From: an uncultured Actinomycetota bacterium
Lineage (GTDB): Bacteria > Actinomycetota > Actinomycetes > JAHEKZ01
Reading direction: 5' to 3'
DNA length: 64,000 bases
Assembly (NCBI GenBank): GCA_963718235.1
Contig: CAVQYR010000002.1
Location: forward strand, 32,001 to 96,000
The notes under the pieces were generated by a model, which saw only the letters and a list, made by a program, of their open reading frames with translations, was not told where the DNA came from and made no database searches. Positions 1 to 9,190 of the stretch are shown in pieces (position 1 is the first letter of the stretch; each line of letters opens with the position of its first letter). Position numbers and translations under genes: made by a program.

Positions 1-491
1 GCGGCCGCAATCACCGACACCGCCTGCTCCGGGGTGTCCTTGCGGGCGCGCCGGACGGCGAACACCGCGAGCCCGGTGCCCAACGCGATGAGCGGCGCCT
101 CCGGCCCGAGCACCAGGCCGAGCCCCAGGCTGGCGAGTGCGGCGAGCAGCACCCCGGGAAGGTCGTTGGGTCGCGCGGCGCCCGCCTTGAGCCCCAGGTA
201 AGGGACATGGCCACCAGCACCCGGTAGACGAAGGACGGCCACCGCGGTCAGGACGCCGGCCACCAGGAGCACCGGCAGCGGCCACCACCACGGTGCGTCG
301 TCGAAGCCGAGCCACCCGGGCAGGTCCTGGTAGGCAGCGACCTGCAGCCAGTGGACCAGCTCGAGGAAGCCCCAGGCGACGAACGAGACGAGCACGCCGA
401 TGACGGCCGCAACGACCAGGATGCGCCGGTACTCCTTGCTCCTGATCAGCGTTCCGGGATCGGTCGAAGGGGCAGTGGCTGGTTCGCTCAT
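1..491 (-). CDS. Chloride channel (ClC/EriC family) protein, N-terminal part; runs off window start
   Basis: Not in ORF track. My translation from ATG 491 gives MSEPATAPSTDPGTLIRSKEYRRILVVAAVIG...PGAGGHVP...GLVLGPEAPLIALG; GPEAP is the ClC filter-type motif, with several TM helices. Confidence 0.8.
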   Translation of the reverse strand, partial: MSEPATAPSTDPGTLIRSKEYRRILVVAAVIGVLVSFVAWGFLELVHWLQVAAYQDLPGWLGFDDAPWWWPLPVLLVAGVLTAVAVLRLPGAGGHVPYLGLKAGAARPNDLPGVLLAALASLGLGLVLGPEAPLIALGTGLAVFAVRRARKDTPEQAVSVIAA

Positions 492-542
492 CGGAGGATC
501 CTCGTGCCGTCGACTACAGGACCCGGGACGGAATCCTCGCGG

Positions 543-840
543 TCACGGTAACGGGGCGCACGGTCTCGACGTCGCTCGGGTGGACACGTTCGATGCGACG
601 CCGCGTCCGGACATACGTGGGGATCGACTGTTGCGATGGTCGACCAGGATCAGTGCGGGAAGCATCATCAGCGACACTGCTGACGAGTACCCCCACGGCG
701 ACGATCGTCCCGGCCAAGCAGGGCGTTGCCCGATGCGGCAAGGAGTCGACCGGCGATGTAGCCGCTCAGTGCGTAGCCCGGCGAGAAGCCCCACGATCAC
801 TGACATCGTGGGGTCGAATCCAACCGCCATCAGTTCCACG
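543..840 (-). pseudogene. Small 2-TM membrane protein, frameshifted (pseudogene or assembly indels)
   Basis: Removing about three single-base insertions joins hydrophobic pieces: MSVIVGLLA-GYALSGYIAGRLLAASGNALL-AGTIVAVGVLV-AVSLMMLPALILVDHR. Reconstruction only. Confidence 0.3.
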
Positions 841-886
841 AAGGCCACTGTGGCACAGGGGAGTGTCTCGTTGGGTGAACGGCGCG

Positions 887-895
887 TTGTCCACA
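887..895 (+). promoter_or_regulatory. DnaA-box-like nonamer TTGTCCACA
   Basis: Exact match to the actinobacterial DnaA box consensus in an intergenic position; single copy. Confidence 0.3.
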
Positions 896-966
896 GGCTG
901 TGCGCCGAAAGGTGCACCAGGCGCTCGCCTCGTGTTCTGAGGCAGTTGGTCTGGTGACGGACCTAT

Positions 967-1398
967 TCACTCGGCGGTCGACGCCCGGAAGGGCCAACGC
1001 GCGGCCACGCCACCCGCGATCTCCAGCACTGCCGCGAAGTCGCCGGACGCGGCGAGCACGAGTCCGTCGACGCGGGCGGCGAACGGGATCACCGACTCGT
1101 CGCCCAGGCGTCCGTTGCCACCGCGCCCGACCTCCATCTGTCCGTCGATGCGCGGACCGACCGCTCCGCCGTCGGCGTCCTCGAACCGAATCGTGAAGTC
1201 GAACGAACGGCCATGGGCGGAGAAGGGGACGTCGAAGACCGCCACGACGGACAGGTGATGCACCGAGGGGAACTCCGCTGCGACCATCTGGTTCCAGAAC
1301 GCACCGGAGGTGTACACCTTCCCGTTCTCCACGGCGGCGTAGTCGGCGAGGAAGAAGGCAACCGGGCGCGGCATGGGCTCGAGCGGATGCGATGTCAT
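967..1398 (-). CDS. Hypothetical protein, DUF6941-like beta-sandwich
   Basis: FFLADYAAVENGKVYTSGAFW...FEDADG...GDFAAVLEIAG pattern; ATG 1398 preferred over the ORF-track start. Confidence 0.6.
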   Translation of the reverse strand: MTSHPLEPMPRPVAFFLADYAAVENGKVYTSGAFWNQMVAAEFPSVHHLSVVAVFDVPFSAHGRSFDFTIRFEDADGGAVGPRIDGQMEVGRGGNGRLGDESVIPFAARVDGLVLAASGDFAAVLEIAGGVAARWPFRASTAE

Positions 1399-1430
1399 GC
1401 GTCTCAGTATCCGGGTGTCACACTCCTTCG

Positions 1431-2376
1431 GTGTCTCACCGCCGCAACGCTGTCGCCACCGCGGTGGTCGTGGTGCTTGCGATCGCGACGCTGGTGACCA
1501 CCGTCGTCGCGCTGCGCGCCCGTACGACGACGCCGGCGGGCGGTTCGCCGGCTGCCAGCTCGACGTCGGGTGAGGTGTCGCCGTCGTCGACCGTGAAGCC
1601 CTCACCGACGGTCGACGGCTCTCGGCCCAGCCAGCTGGTCGAGCCCCCGTTGGTGATGGCGAGCAAGGTGGAGGGCTATCGGGCCGAACCGGGCAGCTGC
1701 CTCGGCGGAGGTGCGGTCTTCCGGACCGACGACCAAGGACGGTCGTGGCGGCCGCTCAGTCTCGACGTGTCGTCGGTGCTGGCGCTGTCGTCGCCCGGTG
1801 CGCGCTCGGTCGAGGCAGTCGTGACGACGAGCGACGCGTGCGACGCGGTTGGTGTCGAGTCGTCCGATGCCGGGCGGACCTGGGCCGAGGCGGCCGACAC
1901 GTCGTGGCACCGGTTCGGCGACGACGTCGGGCTCCTTCACTCACCGGCGGGCTCGGTCCGCAACCCGTGCCCGGACCGGTCGTTGCCGGTCGTCGAGCTG
2001 CAGGGGCTGTCGACCACGGAAGCGGCCGTGCTGTGCCCTGACGGTGAGGTGCTGCGCACGGTCGACGGGCGCCGCTTCAGTCAGCAGTCGAAGGTGCCGG
2101 ACGCGATGGCGTTGGCGTTCGAGAGCCGCGACCTGGGATGGCTTCTCGTGCGCGACGGCGAGCAGTGTCCGGCGTACGTGCTGAACCGCAGTCAGGACGG
2201 CGGCGTCACGTGGGCGCAGGGGGGCTGCGTGGGGTCGGCTGAACGCGTTGGCGTCGGCGTCGCCACCTGCGCTCGCCTTCAGCGACGCGCAGCACGGCCT
2301 GGCGACGATCGGTGACGTCGCGTACGGCACGGCCGATGGTGGGTTCACCTGGCAGCAGGCCATCACACGTCGATGA
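1431..2376 (+). CDS. Membrane-anchored/secreted Asp-box (BNR; YCF48/sialidase-like) repeat protein; frameshift near 2250
   Basis: N-terminal TM, Ser/Pro linker, Asp-boxes [24 protein letters not shown]; another frame continues [11 protein letters not shown]...[15 protein letters not shown] to 2376. Confidence 0.65.
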
Positions 2377-2803
2377 TGACGGTGCGCGGGCCGTCGTTGA
2401 CGAGGCTCACGTGCATGTCCGCGCCGAACTCGCCGGTCTGAACCGAGGCGCCGCGTCGGCGCAGGGCTGCGCAGAACTCCTCGACGAGCGGCTGGCTGAT
2501 GTCTCGTGGTGCTGCCGCTGACCATGACGGACGCCGCCCCTTGGACAGGTCCGCGTACAGGGTGAACTGACTCACCACGAGCAGCGGGGCGCCGAGGTCG
2601 GCGGCCGAGCGCTCGTCGTCCATGATCCGCAGGTGCCAGACCTTCTCGGCGAGCCGCTCGGCGTGGTCGGTGCGGTCGTCGTGAGTGACGCCCACGAGCA
2701 CCACGAGCCCGGGTGCCTCGATCTCACCGACCCGGTCACGCACACCGTCGGGCCGTAGGACGTCGACCGCCGCGCTCGTGACCACCTGCACCACCGCTCG
2801 CAC
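2363..2803 (-). CDS. dtd: D-aminoacyl-tRNA deacylase
   Basis: MRAVVQVV start, VVSQFTL and NDGP motifs. Confidence 0.95.
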   Translation of the reverse strand: MRAVVQVVTSAAVDVLRPDGVRDRVGEIEAPGLVVLVGVTHDDRTDHAERLAEKVWHLRIMDDERSAADLGAPLLVVSQFTLYADLSKGRRPSWSAAAPRDISQPLVEEFCAALRRRGASVQTGEFGADMHVSLVNDGPRTVIIDV

Positions 2804-2817
2804 GCGAGCACGCTACC

Positions 2818-2869
2818 CATCTCGTGGTCGTCTGTCCGCGCTGGGCGCGGCTCGACGACCACGAGATGA
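2818..2869. repeat. Bipartite palindrome, left copy flanking the DUF559 gene
   Basis: Perfect 15-bp arms CATCTCGTGGTCGTC/GACGACCACGAGATG with inner stem CCGCGC-TGG-GCGCGG. Confidence 0.85.
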
Positions 2870-2921
2870 CACCTGTGGACGACGTGCGCGGACCTGGCCC
2901 CGTACCGGGCACGCTGCGCCG

Positions 2922-3803
2922 ATGCGACTCACCTCGGTGGCCCTGCGGCAGGGCGGGGTCTTCACCCGGGCTCAGGCCCGGGAATGCGGTTGGTCCGACG
3001 ACGCGATCGACCGCCGTCTGCGGTGCGGTGAGTGGGTTCGGTCGCTGCCGTCGGGGCGGGGGGTGTTCCAGCACGCGTCGATCGGTAGGACGTACGAGTC
3101 GATCCGGTGGGCCGCCGTGCTCGGCGTCGGTCCGCCGTGCGCGCTCGGGCTCGAGTCGGCCGCTGCTGAGTGGGGCTGGTGCGGCGAACCAGGGATGGTG
3201 AGCGTGGTCGTCGGCCTGAACCGCAAGCCGAGATCGGTGGCTCCGGTGTCGGTGAAGCGGCTTGCGCTTGCTGACGGAGCCGTCGTCCGGCTTCGTGGGC
3301 TGCCAGTCACGTCGAAGGCGCGCACCGTCGCCGACTGCCTGCGGTTTCTCCCCCAGCCGATGGCGCAGCAGATCCTCGACCGCAGCCAGCAACGCGGTGG
3401 ACCGGCTCCGGCCGCGGTGCTGCTGCAGCTGCCTCGCGGTGGGTCCGGCGTGTGCCAGGCGAGGCGGTTGCTTCGGGCGGCCGACGGTTCGGTGTTCGCC
3501 GCCGAGCGACTGTGTGTGGCGTTGCTCCGCCAAGGTGGGGTCGAGGGCTGGCGGGCCAACCTGGCCGTGGACATTCGTGGGCGACGGATCGTGATCGACG
3601 TCGCCTTCGTGGCGGCTCGACTGGCGTTGGAGATCGACGGGTGGGCGCATCACCAGGACGTCGAGCGGTTCCAGTCCGACCGGCGGCGCCAGAACCTGCT
3701 CATCAGCGACGGCTGGCGGGTGCTGCGGTTCACCTACGCCGACCTGACCACGCGACCCGACGACGTGCTGCGGCAGGTGCGCGAGGCGCTGGCCGCCACC
3801 TGA
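2922..3803 (+). CDS. AbiEi-like N-terminal domain + DUF559 (Vsr-like PD-(D/E)XK) endonuclease protein
   Basis: RQGGVFTRAQA N-terminus, PVTSKARTVADC, and IDVAF...LALEIDGWAHH...DRRRQNLLISDGWRVLRFTYADL nuclease-type C-terminus. Confidence 0.85.
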   Translation: MRLTSVALRQGGVFTRAQARECGWSDDAIDRRLRCGEWVRSLPSGRGVFQHASIGRTYESIRWAAVLGVGPPCALGLESAAAEWGWCGEPGMVSVVVGLNRKPRSVAPVSVKRLALADGAVVRLRGLPVTSKARTVADCLRFLPQPMAQQILDRSQQRGGPAPAAVLLQLPRGGSGVCQARRLLRAADGSVFAAERLCVALLRQGGVEGWRANLAVDIRGRRIVIDVAFVAARLALEIDGWAHHQDVERFQSDRRRQNLLISDGWRVLRFTYADLTTRPDDVLRQVREALAAT

Positions 3804-3848
3804 TGGTCGCCCTGCCGCGCTGAGCGCGGAAATCCGGCCACGAGATGA
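3797..3848. repeat. Bipartite palindrome, right copy, overlapping the DUF559 stop codon
   Basis: Ungapped 52-bp alignment to 2818-2869, 38/52 identical by hand; shares TGGTCG, CCGCGCTGRGCGCGG and CGRCCACGAGATGA. Confidence 0.75.
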
Positions 3849-3850
3849 GA

Positions 3851-6800
3851 TCAGCGGCCGAAGAGGCCCTTCTTCTTCTTCTCCGGCTTGCCCGACCCCT
3901 TGCTCGACGGCTTGGCCGGTCGCGGGCTGGCGGGGGCTGGCGTGGCAGGGGTCGTGGTGTCGTCGTTGAAGCCGCCAAGGCTGGACAGCTCGCGGAGCAG
4001 GGCCGCGGTGTCGACACCACCGGCCTCGCGCCAGGGTGCGTCGGCGGTCGGGCCGTCATCCTCCTCGGCCTGACGAGCGGCTTCCTCGGCGGCGAGCTGC
4101 TCGGCGGCGACCCGGGCGGCCTCCTCCTCGGCAGCCACTCGCTGGGCCTCCTCGACCGCAAGTCGGGCGGCCTCCTCCTCAGCCGCGACCCGCGAGGCCT
4201 CCTGCTCGACCGCCAGCATCGCGGCCGCTTCGCGGGCGGCGTCGTCGGCCGCCTGACGCTCGGCCGTCAGTCGGTCGGCCTCGCGTTCGGCGTCGAGCCG
4301 GGCCGCCCGTTCGGCGGCGGCCCGCTTGGTCTCGGCCTTGGCCGCGTCGGCTGCGGCGCGCTTGTCCGCGGCCAGACGCTCGGCCTCGGCCTCGGCGGCA
4401 GCAGCGGCCCGCTCGGCCTCCTGCTCGGCAGCAAGCCGGGCGGCCTCCTCGGCGGCAAGGCGTTCGGCTTCGAGCCGGGCGGCTTCCTCGGCTGCTGCCT
4501 GCTCGGCGGCGATCCGGGCTTCCTCGGCCAGGCGCTCGGCCTCCAGGCGGGCAGCCTCCTCAGCGGCGAGGCGTTCGGTTTCGAGCCGGGCGGCTTCCTC
4601 GGCCGAGGCGTGCGGCTCTGCTCGGCGGCGATCCGGGCTTCCTCGGCCAGGCGTGCGGCCTCTGCCTCGGCGGCGATCCGGGCTTCCTCGGCCAGGCGCT
4701 CGGCCTCCAGGCGGGCAGCCTCCTCAGCGGCGAGGCGTTCGGCTTCGAGCCGGGCAGCCTCCTCGGCGGCGAGGCGTTCGGCTTCGAGCCGGGCAGCTTC
4801 CTCGGCGGCGAGGCGTTCGGCTTCGAGCCGGGCGGCTTCCTCAGCGGCGAGGCGTTCGGCTTCGAGCCGGGCAGCTTCCTCGGCGGCGAGGCGTTCGGCT
4901 TCGGCCGGGCAGCTTCCTCGCGGCCAGGCGGGCAGCTTCCTCGGCGGCGAGGCGTTCGGCTTCGAGTCGGGCGGCTTCCTCGGCGGCGAGGCGTTCGGCT
5001 TCGAGTCGGGCGGCTTCCTCGGTGGCGAGGCGCTCCGCCTCGAGCCGGGCCTCCTCGACCAGTCGGGCGGCCTCGGCCTCGGCGGCGAGCCGAGCCTCCT
5101 CGGCCTGACGCTTGGCGGCCTGGATCTCGGCGTCTGCCTGCTTCTGACGCCGACGGCGGCGCTCCTCCTCGACCTTGGCCAGGCGCTCGAGCTCGAGCCG
5201 CTCCTCCTCGAGCTTGCGCAGGCGCTCCTCCTCGGCGCGACGCTTCTTGGCCAACGCCTCAGCGGTGCGCTTGGCCTCGGCCTCCGCCTCGGCCGCCTTG
5301 CGTGCGGCCTCGGCGGCCTCGCGCTTGGCCTCCTCCTCCAGGGCCAGCCGCTGCGCCTCGAGCTCGGCCAACCGGGCTTCCTCGGCGCGTCGTTGCTCCT
5401 GCAGCTCCTCAGCAGCTCGTTGGGCCTTGGCCGCGGCCTCCGCGGCCTTGCGTGCGGCCTCGGCCTCGAGCTCGGCGGCCCGGCGAGCGGCAGCCTCCTC
5501 GCGCGCCCGTGCCTCGGCCTCCATCTCCTCGGCCCGGCGGGCGGCAGCCTCCTCGAGCGCGCGGGCCTCGGCCTCCATCTCGGCGGCCCGGCGCGCGGCA
5601 GTCTCCTCCAGCGCACGGGTCCGGGCCTCGGCCAGGAACACCGAGTGGGCGGCCCACGCCTCACGCTCGACCCGACGTCGTTCGGTGGCCAGCCACGTCG
5701 TGTGGTCGGCCCACGCCTCCGCCTCCATGGCGCCGCGCTGCCAGACCAGGAAGGCCTCGTGGTCGGCCCAGGCCGCACCTTCGGCGGCGATCCGCTCGGC
5801 CTCCAGCACCTCGCGGTGAACCGTCCACGCCTCGGCCTCGACGGCCAGGCGTTCGGCCTCCAGGACGGCGGTATGCGCTGTCCAGGCCTCGCTCTCGACC
5901 CGAGCGCGTTCGAGACCGAGCCACGCGAAGTGGTCGGCCCACGCGTCGAACTCAGCAGCGCAGCGCTGACCGGCCAGCCACGCCTCGTGCTCGGCCCAGG
6001 CCTCGTGCTCGGCCCCGGTCCGCTCGGCCTCCAGACGCTCGCGCTCAGCGCGCACGCTGCTGTCGAGCCAGGCGCGGTGGTCGGTCCAGGCGGCACCTTC
6101 GGCGGCGACCCGCTCGGCCTCCAGCCAGGTGACATGGGCGACCCACGCCTCGATCTCCTGGCGCCGTCGCTCCCCCTCCAGCCACGCCGCATGGTCGGCC
6201 CACGCGGCCGGTTCGTCGGCCACCCGCTTGGCCGCCAGACGCTCGCGCTCGGCCCGGATCGTGGTGTCGCACCAGGCTTCGTGGTCGGCCCAGGCCAGAG
6301 GCTCGCACCGACGTCGCTCGTTCTCCAGCCACTGGTAGTGCACCAACCAGGCCTCGGCCTCGGCCTGTCCTCGCTGCTCGGCGAGCCACGCGTCGTGCGC
6401 GGCCCAGGCCTGCGACTCGACACCCTCGCGCTGCTCGGCCAGCCAGGTCTCGTGGGACAGCCACGCCTCGGCCTCGGCGGAAACCCGCTCCTCGGCCTCG
6501 CGCAGCACGGCTTCCGCCGCGGCCCGCTCGGCCTGGGCTGCAGCCGCCTCTTGCGCCTCTTGCCGCTCGGCCTCGGCTGCCCAGTCGTCGTCCTCGTTCT
6601 CGACGACGTTGGGTGCGTTGACCGGTGTGAACAGGTCCTTCAGCGCAGCGGTGACCTTCTTGACCGACGCTGCCAGCTCGTCGCCCGCAGGGTCCGGCGC
6701 GGCGTCGAACAGTGACTTCTTGCCACGTGCCGCCTCCAAGGAGGTGACCGATGCAACCGGCTCGTCGTCGGGCAGCTCGACGTCGACGAGCCCGGCGTCC

Positions 6801-7477
6801 ATGAGCGCCTTGATGACGTGGCCGGCCTCGAAGACGGTGAAGCCGCACTCGCCGGCGAGGTCGGCGATGTCACGCTCGCCGTCGACCTTGCACAACAGGG
6901 CCCAGTCAGCACTGGACAAGACGATGTCGGCCGCGCCCTCGGGGCGGGCGGAGAGCAGGGGCACACCGCGCTCGCCGCCGATCGACATGAGCAGCTCTTC
7001 CCAGCGGTGGCGTCGAGCCTCGACCTCGGCGAGCAGCTCACGGACGGCCATGGGCGGTGCGACGTCCTGACGGTTCTTCTTGTTCTTGCGGAACTTGTGT
7101 GCCGCGACCGGCCAGCCGAGCAAGTCGCTGAGGGAGTCCTTGAGCTGCTCGACGACGAAGGCCTCGACGACGGAGCGCTCGACGTAGCCGAGGTGGACCA
7201 GCAGCTCACCCAGCCGCCACCCCTGGAGCTCGTTGCGCTGGACGTCGAGGGCGTCGGTGAGCGCCTCGGGTGACAGCTCGCCGGAGGCGATCAGCCGCGC
7301 CCCCAGCTGGGGGCGGCGTCCCGGGACGAAGATCGAGTAGATCAGCCCGTCCTTGAGGTAGACCTCGGCCTGCTCCCCTGCCGGGTCGGTGACGGTGAGG
7401 CAGCCGGTGGCGAGGGCGTCGCCGAGCTCGGCCAGAACAGGTTCGACGGCGGAGGCGTGGACCTGCGTCTGGGTCAC
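3851..7477 (-). CDS. Large (~1200 aa) DUF4388/PATAN-like protein with MshEN-like motifs, W/H repeats and a long charged helical tail; frameshifts near 4610 and 4910
   Basis: TGCLTVT...[13 protein letters not shown]4388-type start; GTG 7477 follows a purine-rich SD. ORFs 4841-7525 and 3851-4219 are in the same frame and are bridged by [13 protein letters not shown] repeats read in another frame. Confidence 0.75.
4430..5060 (-). repeat. Coding 39-bp tandem repeat ([13 protein letters not shown])n
   Basis: Unit ggcttcgagccgggcagcttcctcggcggcgaggcgttc repeated many times with minor variants. Confidence 0.9.
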
Positions 7478-7629
7478 GGGCCCCTCCCTCCGCCAGCCGA
7501 CACCGTCCGGGGGCGTCGGCCGCACCCCGGTTGCCCTCTCTCCTTCGGCAGGTTGGGGGCTGTCGTTGAGCGTGGAAGCACCGGTTCGCCACCCGGTTGG
7601 CGGTCCGGGACGGGGGGAGGCATGGCACG

Positions 7630-8526
7630 ATGCCTCCCATGTCAGGCCCGGTCAGCCCCACCACGGTTCCCACGGTCGCGCCCACGGCCGCGACGATGAT
7701 CACGGTCGCGCCCACGGGCGCGGAGAGCAGCAAGGACGACGTCCCGGCCCTGCCGGTGACCCTCGAGGAGCTCGTCGCCACGGCCAAGGAGTGCGAGGCA
7801 GCCGGCGCCGCGATGATCCACGTGCACATCCGCGACGCCAAGGCCCAGCCCACGCTCGACCTCAAGCGGCTCAAGGCCACGGTGAAGGCCCTGCGGGAGC
7901 AGACCTCCCTCGTCGTCCAGCTGTCGACCGGGGGGTCGGTCAAGGACGGCTACCAGGCGCGGCTGAAGGTCCTGGACGCCGCACCCGACTCGTGCTCGCT
8001 CACCTGCGGCACGGTGAACTTCGGCGACGACGTCTTCATGAACCCTTGGCCGTTCATGGTCGAGCTGTACGCCGAGACCCAGCGACGCGAGATCGTCCCG
8101 GAGTTCGAGCTGTTCGACCTCGGACACGTCGCGTCGTTGAACCGGCTGCTCGACACCTACGGCGCGCCGTACGGCGGCCAGGTGCACTGCGACCTCGTGA
8201 TGGGCGTGCCCGGGGGCATGCCGGGTACGACGGAGGCGCTCGTCGCGGCAGTGGCCGCGCTGCCCGAGGGGGCGTCCTGGTCGGCCACCGGGGTGGGTCG
8301 CTCGTCGCTGACGGTGATGTTCGCCGCCCTGTCGGCCGGGGGCCACCTGCGCGTGGGCATGGAGGACGTGCTCACCTACAGTCGCCGGGTGCCGGTGCGT
8401 GACAATGCTCAGCTGGTGGCGCGAGCCGCCGAGGCAGCCACGTTGTTCCAGCGGCCGCCGATGTCGCCCGATCAGGCTCGCGCCATGCTTCACGTACGTC
8501 CGCCCGCCTCAGGAGGCACCGCATGA
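7630..8526 (+). CDS. 3-keto-5-aminohexanoate cleavage enzyme family (BKACE, DUF849)
   Basis: ITVAPTGAE, GAAMIHVHIRD, QLSTGG, PEFELFD, GGHLRVGMED motifs. Confidence 0.9.
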   Translation: MPPMSGPVSPTTVPTVAPTAATMITVAPTGAESSKDDVPALPVTLEELVATAKECEAAGAAMIHVHIRDAKAQPTLDLKRLKATVKALREQTSLVVQLSTGGSVKDGYQARLKVLDAAPDSCSLTCGTVNFGDDVFMNPWPFMVELYAETQRREIVPEFELFDLGHVASLNRLLDTYGAPYGGQVHCDLVMGVPGGMPGTTEALVAAVAALPEGASWSATGVGRSSLTVMFAALSAGGHLRVGMEDVLTYSRRVPVRDNAQLVARAAEAATLFQRPPMSPDQARAMLHVRPPASGGTA

Positions 8527-9101
8527 CCGAGTCGTCGACCGTCGATGCCAGCGTCGGCCCCAAGTCGGGCGGGCGCCGTCGGATCGACCGCGTGCTGTCC
8601 GACGACTTCCTCGACGGCCTGGTCGACCTCTCGTTGGCCGACCTGCGGGCCCGGCGGGCCGAGGCCGAGCAGGAGGAGGCCGACCTGTCCTACGTGCGGC
8701 GGCTGCTCCAGGGGCGGATGGACATCGTGCGCGCCGAGCTCGGACGTCGGTCGGGGGGCTCGACCGAGGGCTCGCTGGTCGACCAGCTGGCGGCGATCCT
8801 GTCCGACGGTCCGTCGGCGCCACCGCACGGCATGGGTCGCCACGTGACCGTGGAGCCGTCGCGGGTCGACGAGCACCGGCGCGCCGTCGAGCAGCTGATC
8901 GCCGACGTCGGGGTCAGCGACGTCGTGTCCCTCGACGAGAGCTCCTTGGCCGGGGCGCTGACCCGGCTGTCGGAGTACGAGCGTGCCGTGTCGCGCAACC
9001 GTCGGCGGGTGCAGGACGCCATGGACTCGTGCACCGCGGAGATCGCCCGGCGCTACAAGTCCGGCGAGGCCAGCGTCGACGACCTCCTCGCCGGCCGCTG
9101 A
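8523..9101 (+). CDS. rsiG: RsiG/AmfC-type c-di-GMP-binding anti-sigma factor
   Basis: Two E(X)3S(X)2R(X)3Q(X)3D motifs: EADLSYVRRLLQGRMD and ERAVSRNRRRVQDAMD; C-terminal RRYKSGEASVDDLL. Confidence 0.85.
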   Translation: MTESSTVDASVGPKSGGRRRIDRVLSDDFLDGLVDLSLADLRARRAEAEQEEADLSYVRRLLQGRMDIVRAELGRRSGGSTEGSLVDQLAAILSDGPSAPPHGMGRHVTVEPSRVDEHRRAVEQLIADVGVSDVVSLDESSLAGALTRLSEYERAVSRNRRRVQDAMDSCTAEIARRYKSGEASVDDLLAGR

Positions 9102-9111
9102 CGCCCCCACC

Positions 9112-9177
9112 CCAAGTTGATCTTGGACTTGATGTGACAGTTCGACCCCTCCGGCCGTCATCTTCTCCATGATCAAC
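9112..9177. repeat. Dispersed imperfect palindrome (REP-like), copy 1
   Basis: 58/66 identical to 59232-59297; arms GTTGATCTTGGA...TCCATGATCAAC; the right end extends into three 11-bp ATGATCA(A/T)CAG units to 9201. Confidence 0.85.
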
Positions 9178-9190
9178 AGATGATCATCAG

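Noticed and set aside
887-895. Replication origin suggested by a DnaA box
   Set aside because: Single box, no AT-rich unwinding region, no dnaA/dnaN nearby.
4430-5060. Regular 39-bp repeats resembling a CRISPR array
   Set aside because: No unique spacers, unit is a multiple of 3, encodes a helical repeat, and no cas genes are present.
3845-6715. 956-aa plus-strand ORF and other long overlapping ORFs
   Set aside because: Antisense shadows of real genes, expected at high GC; no recognisable motifs.
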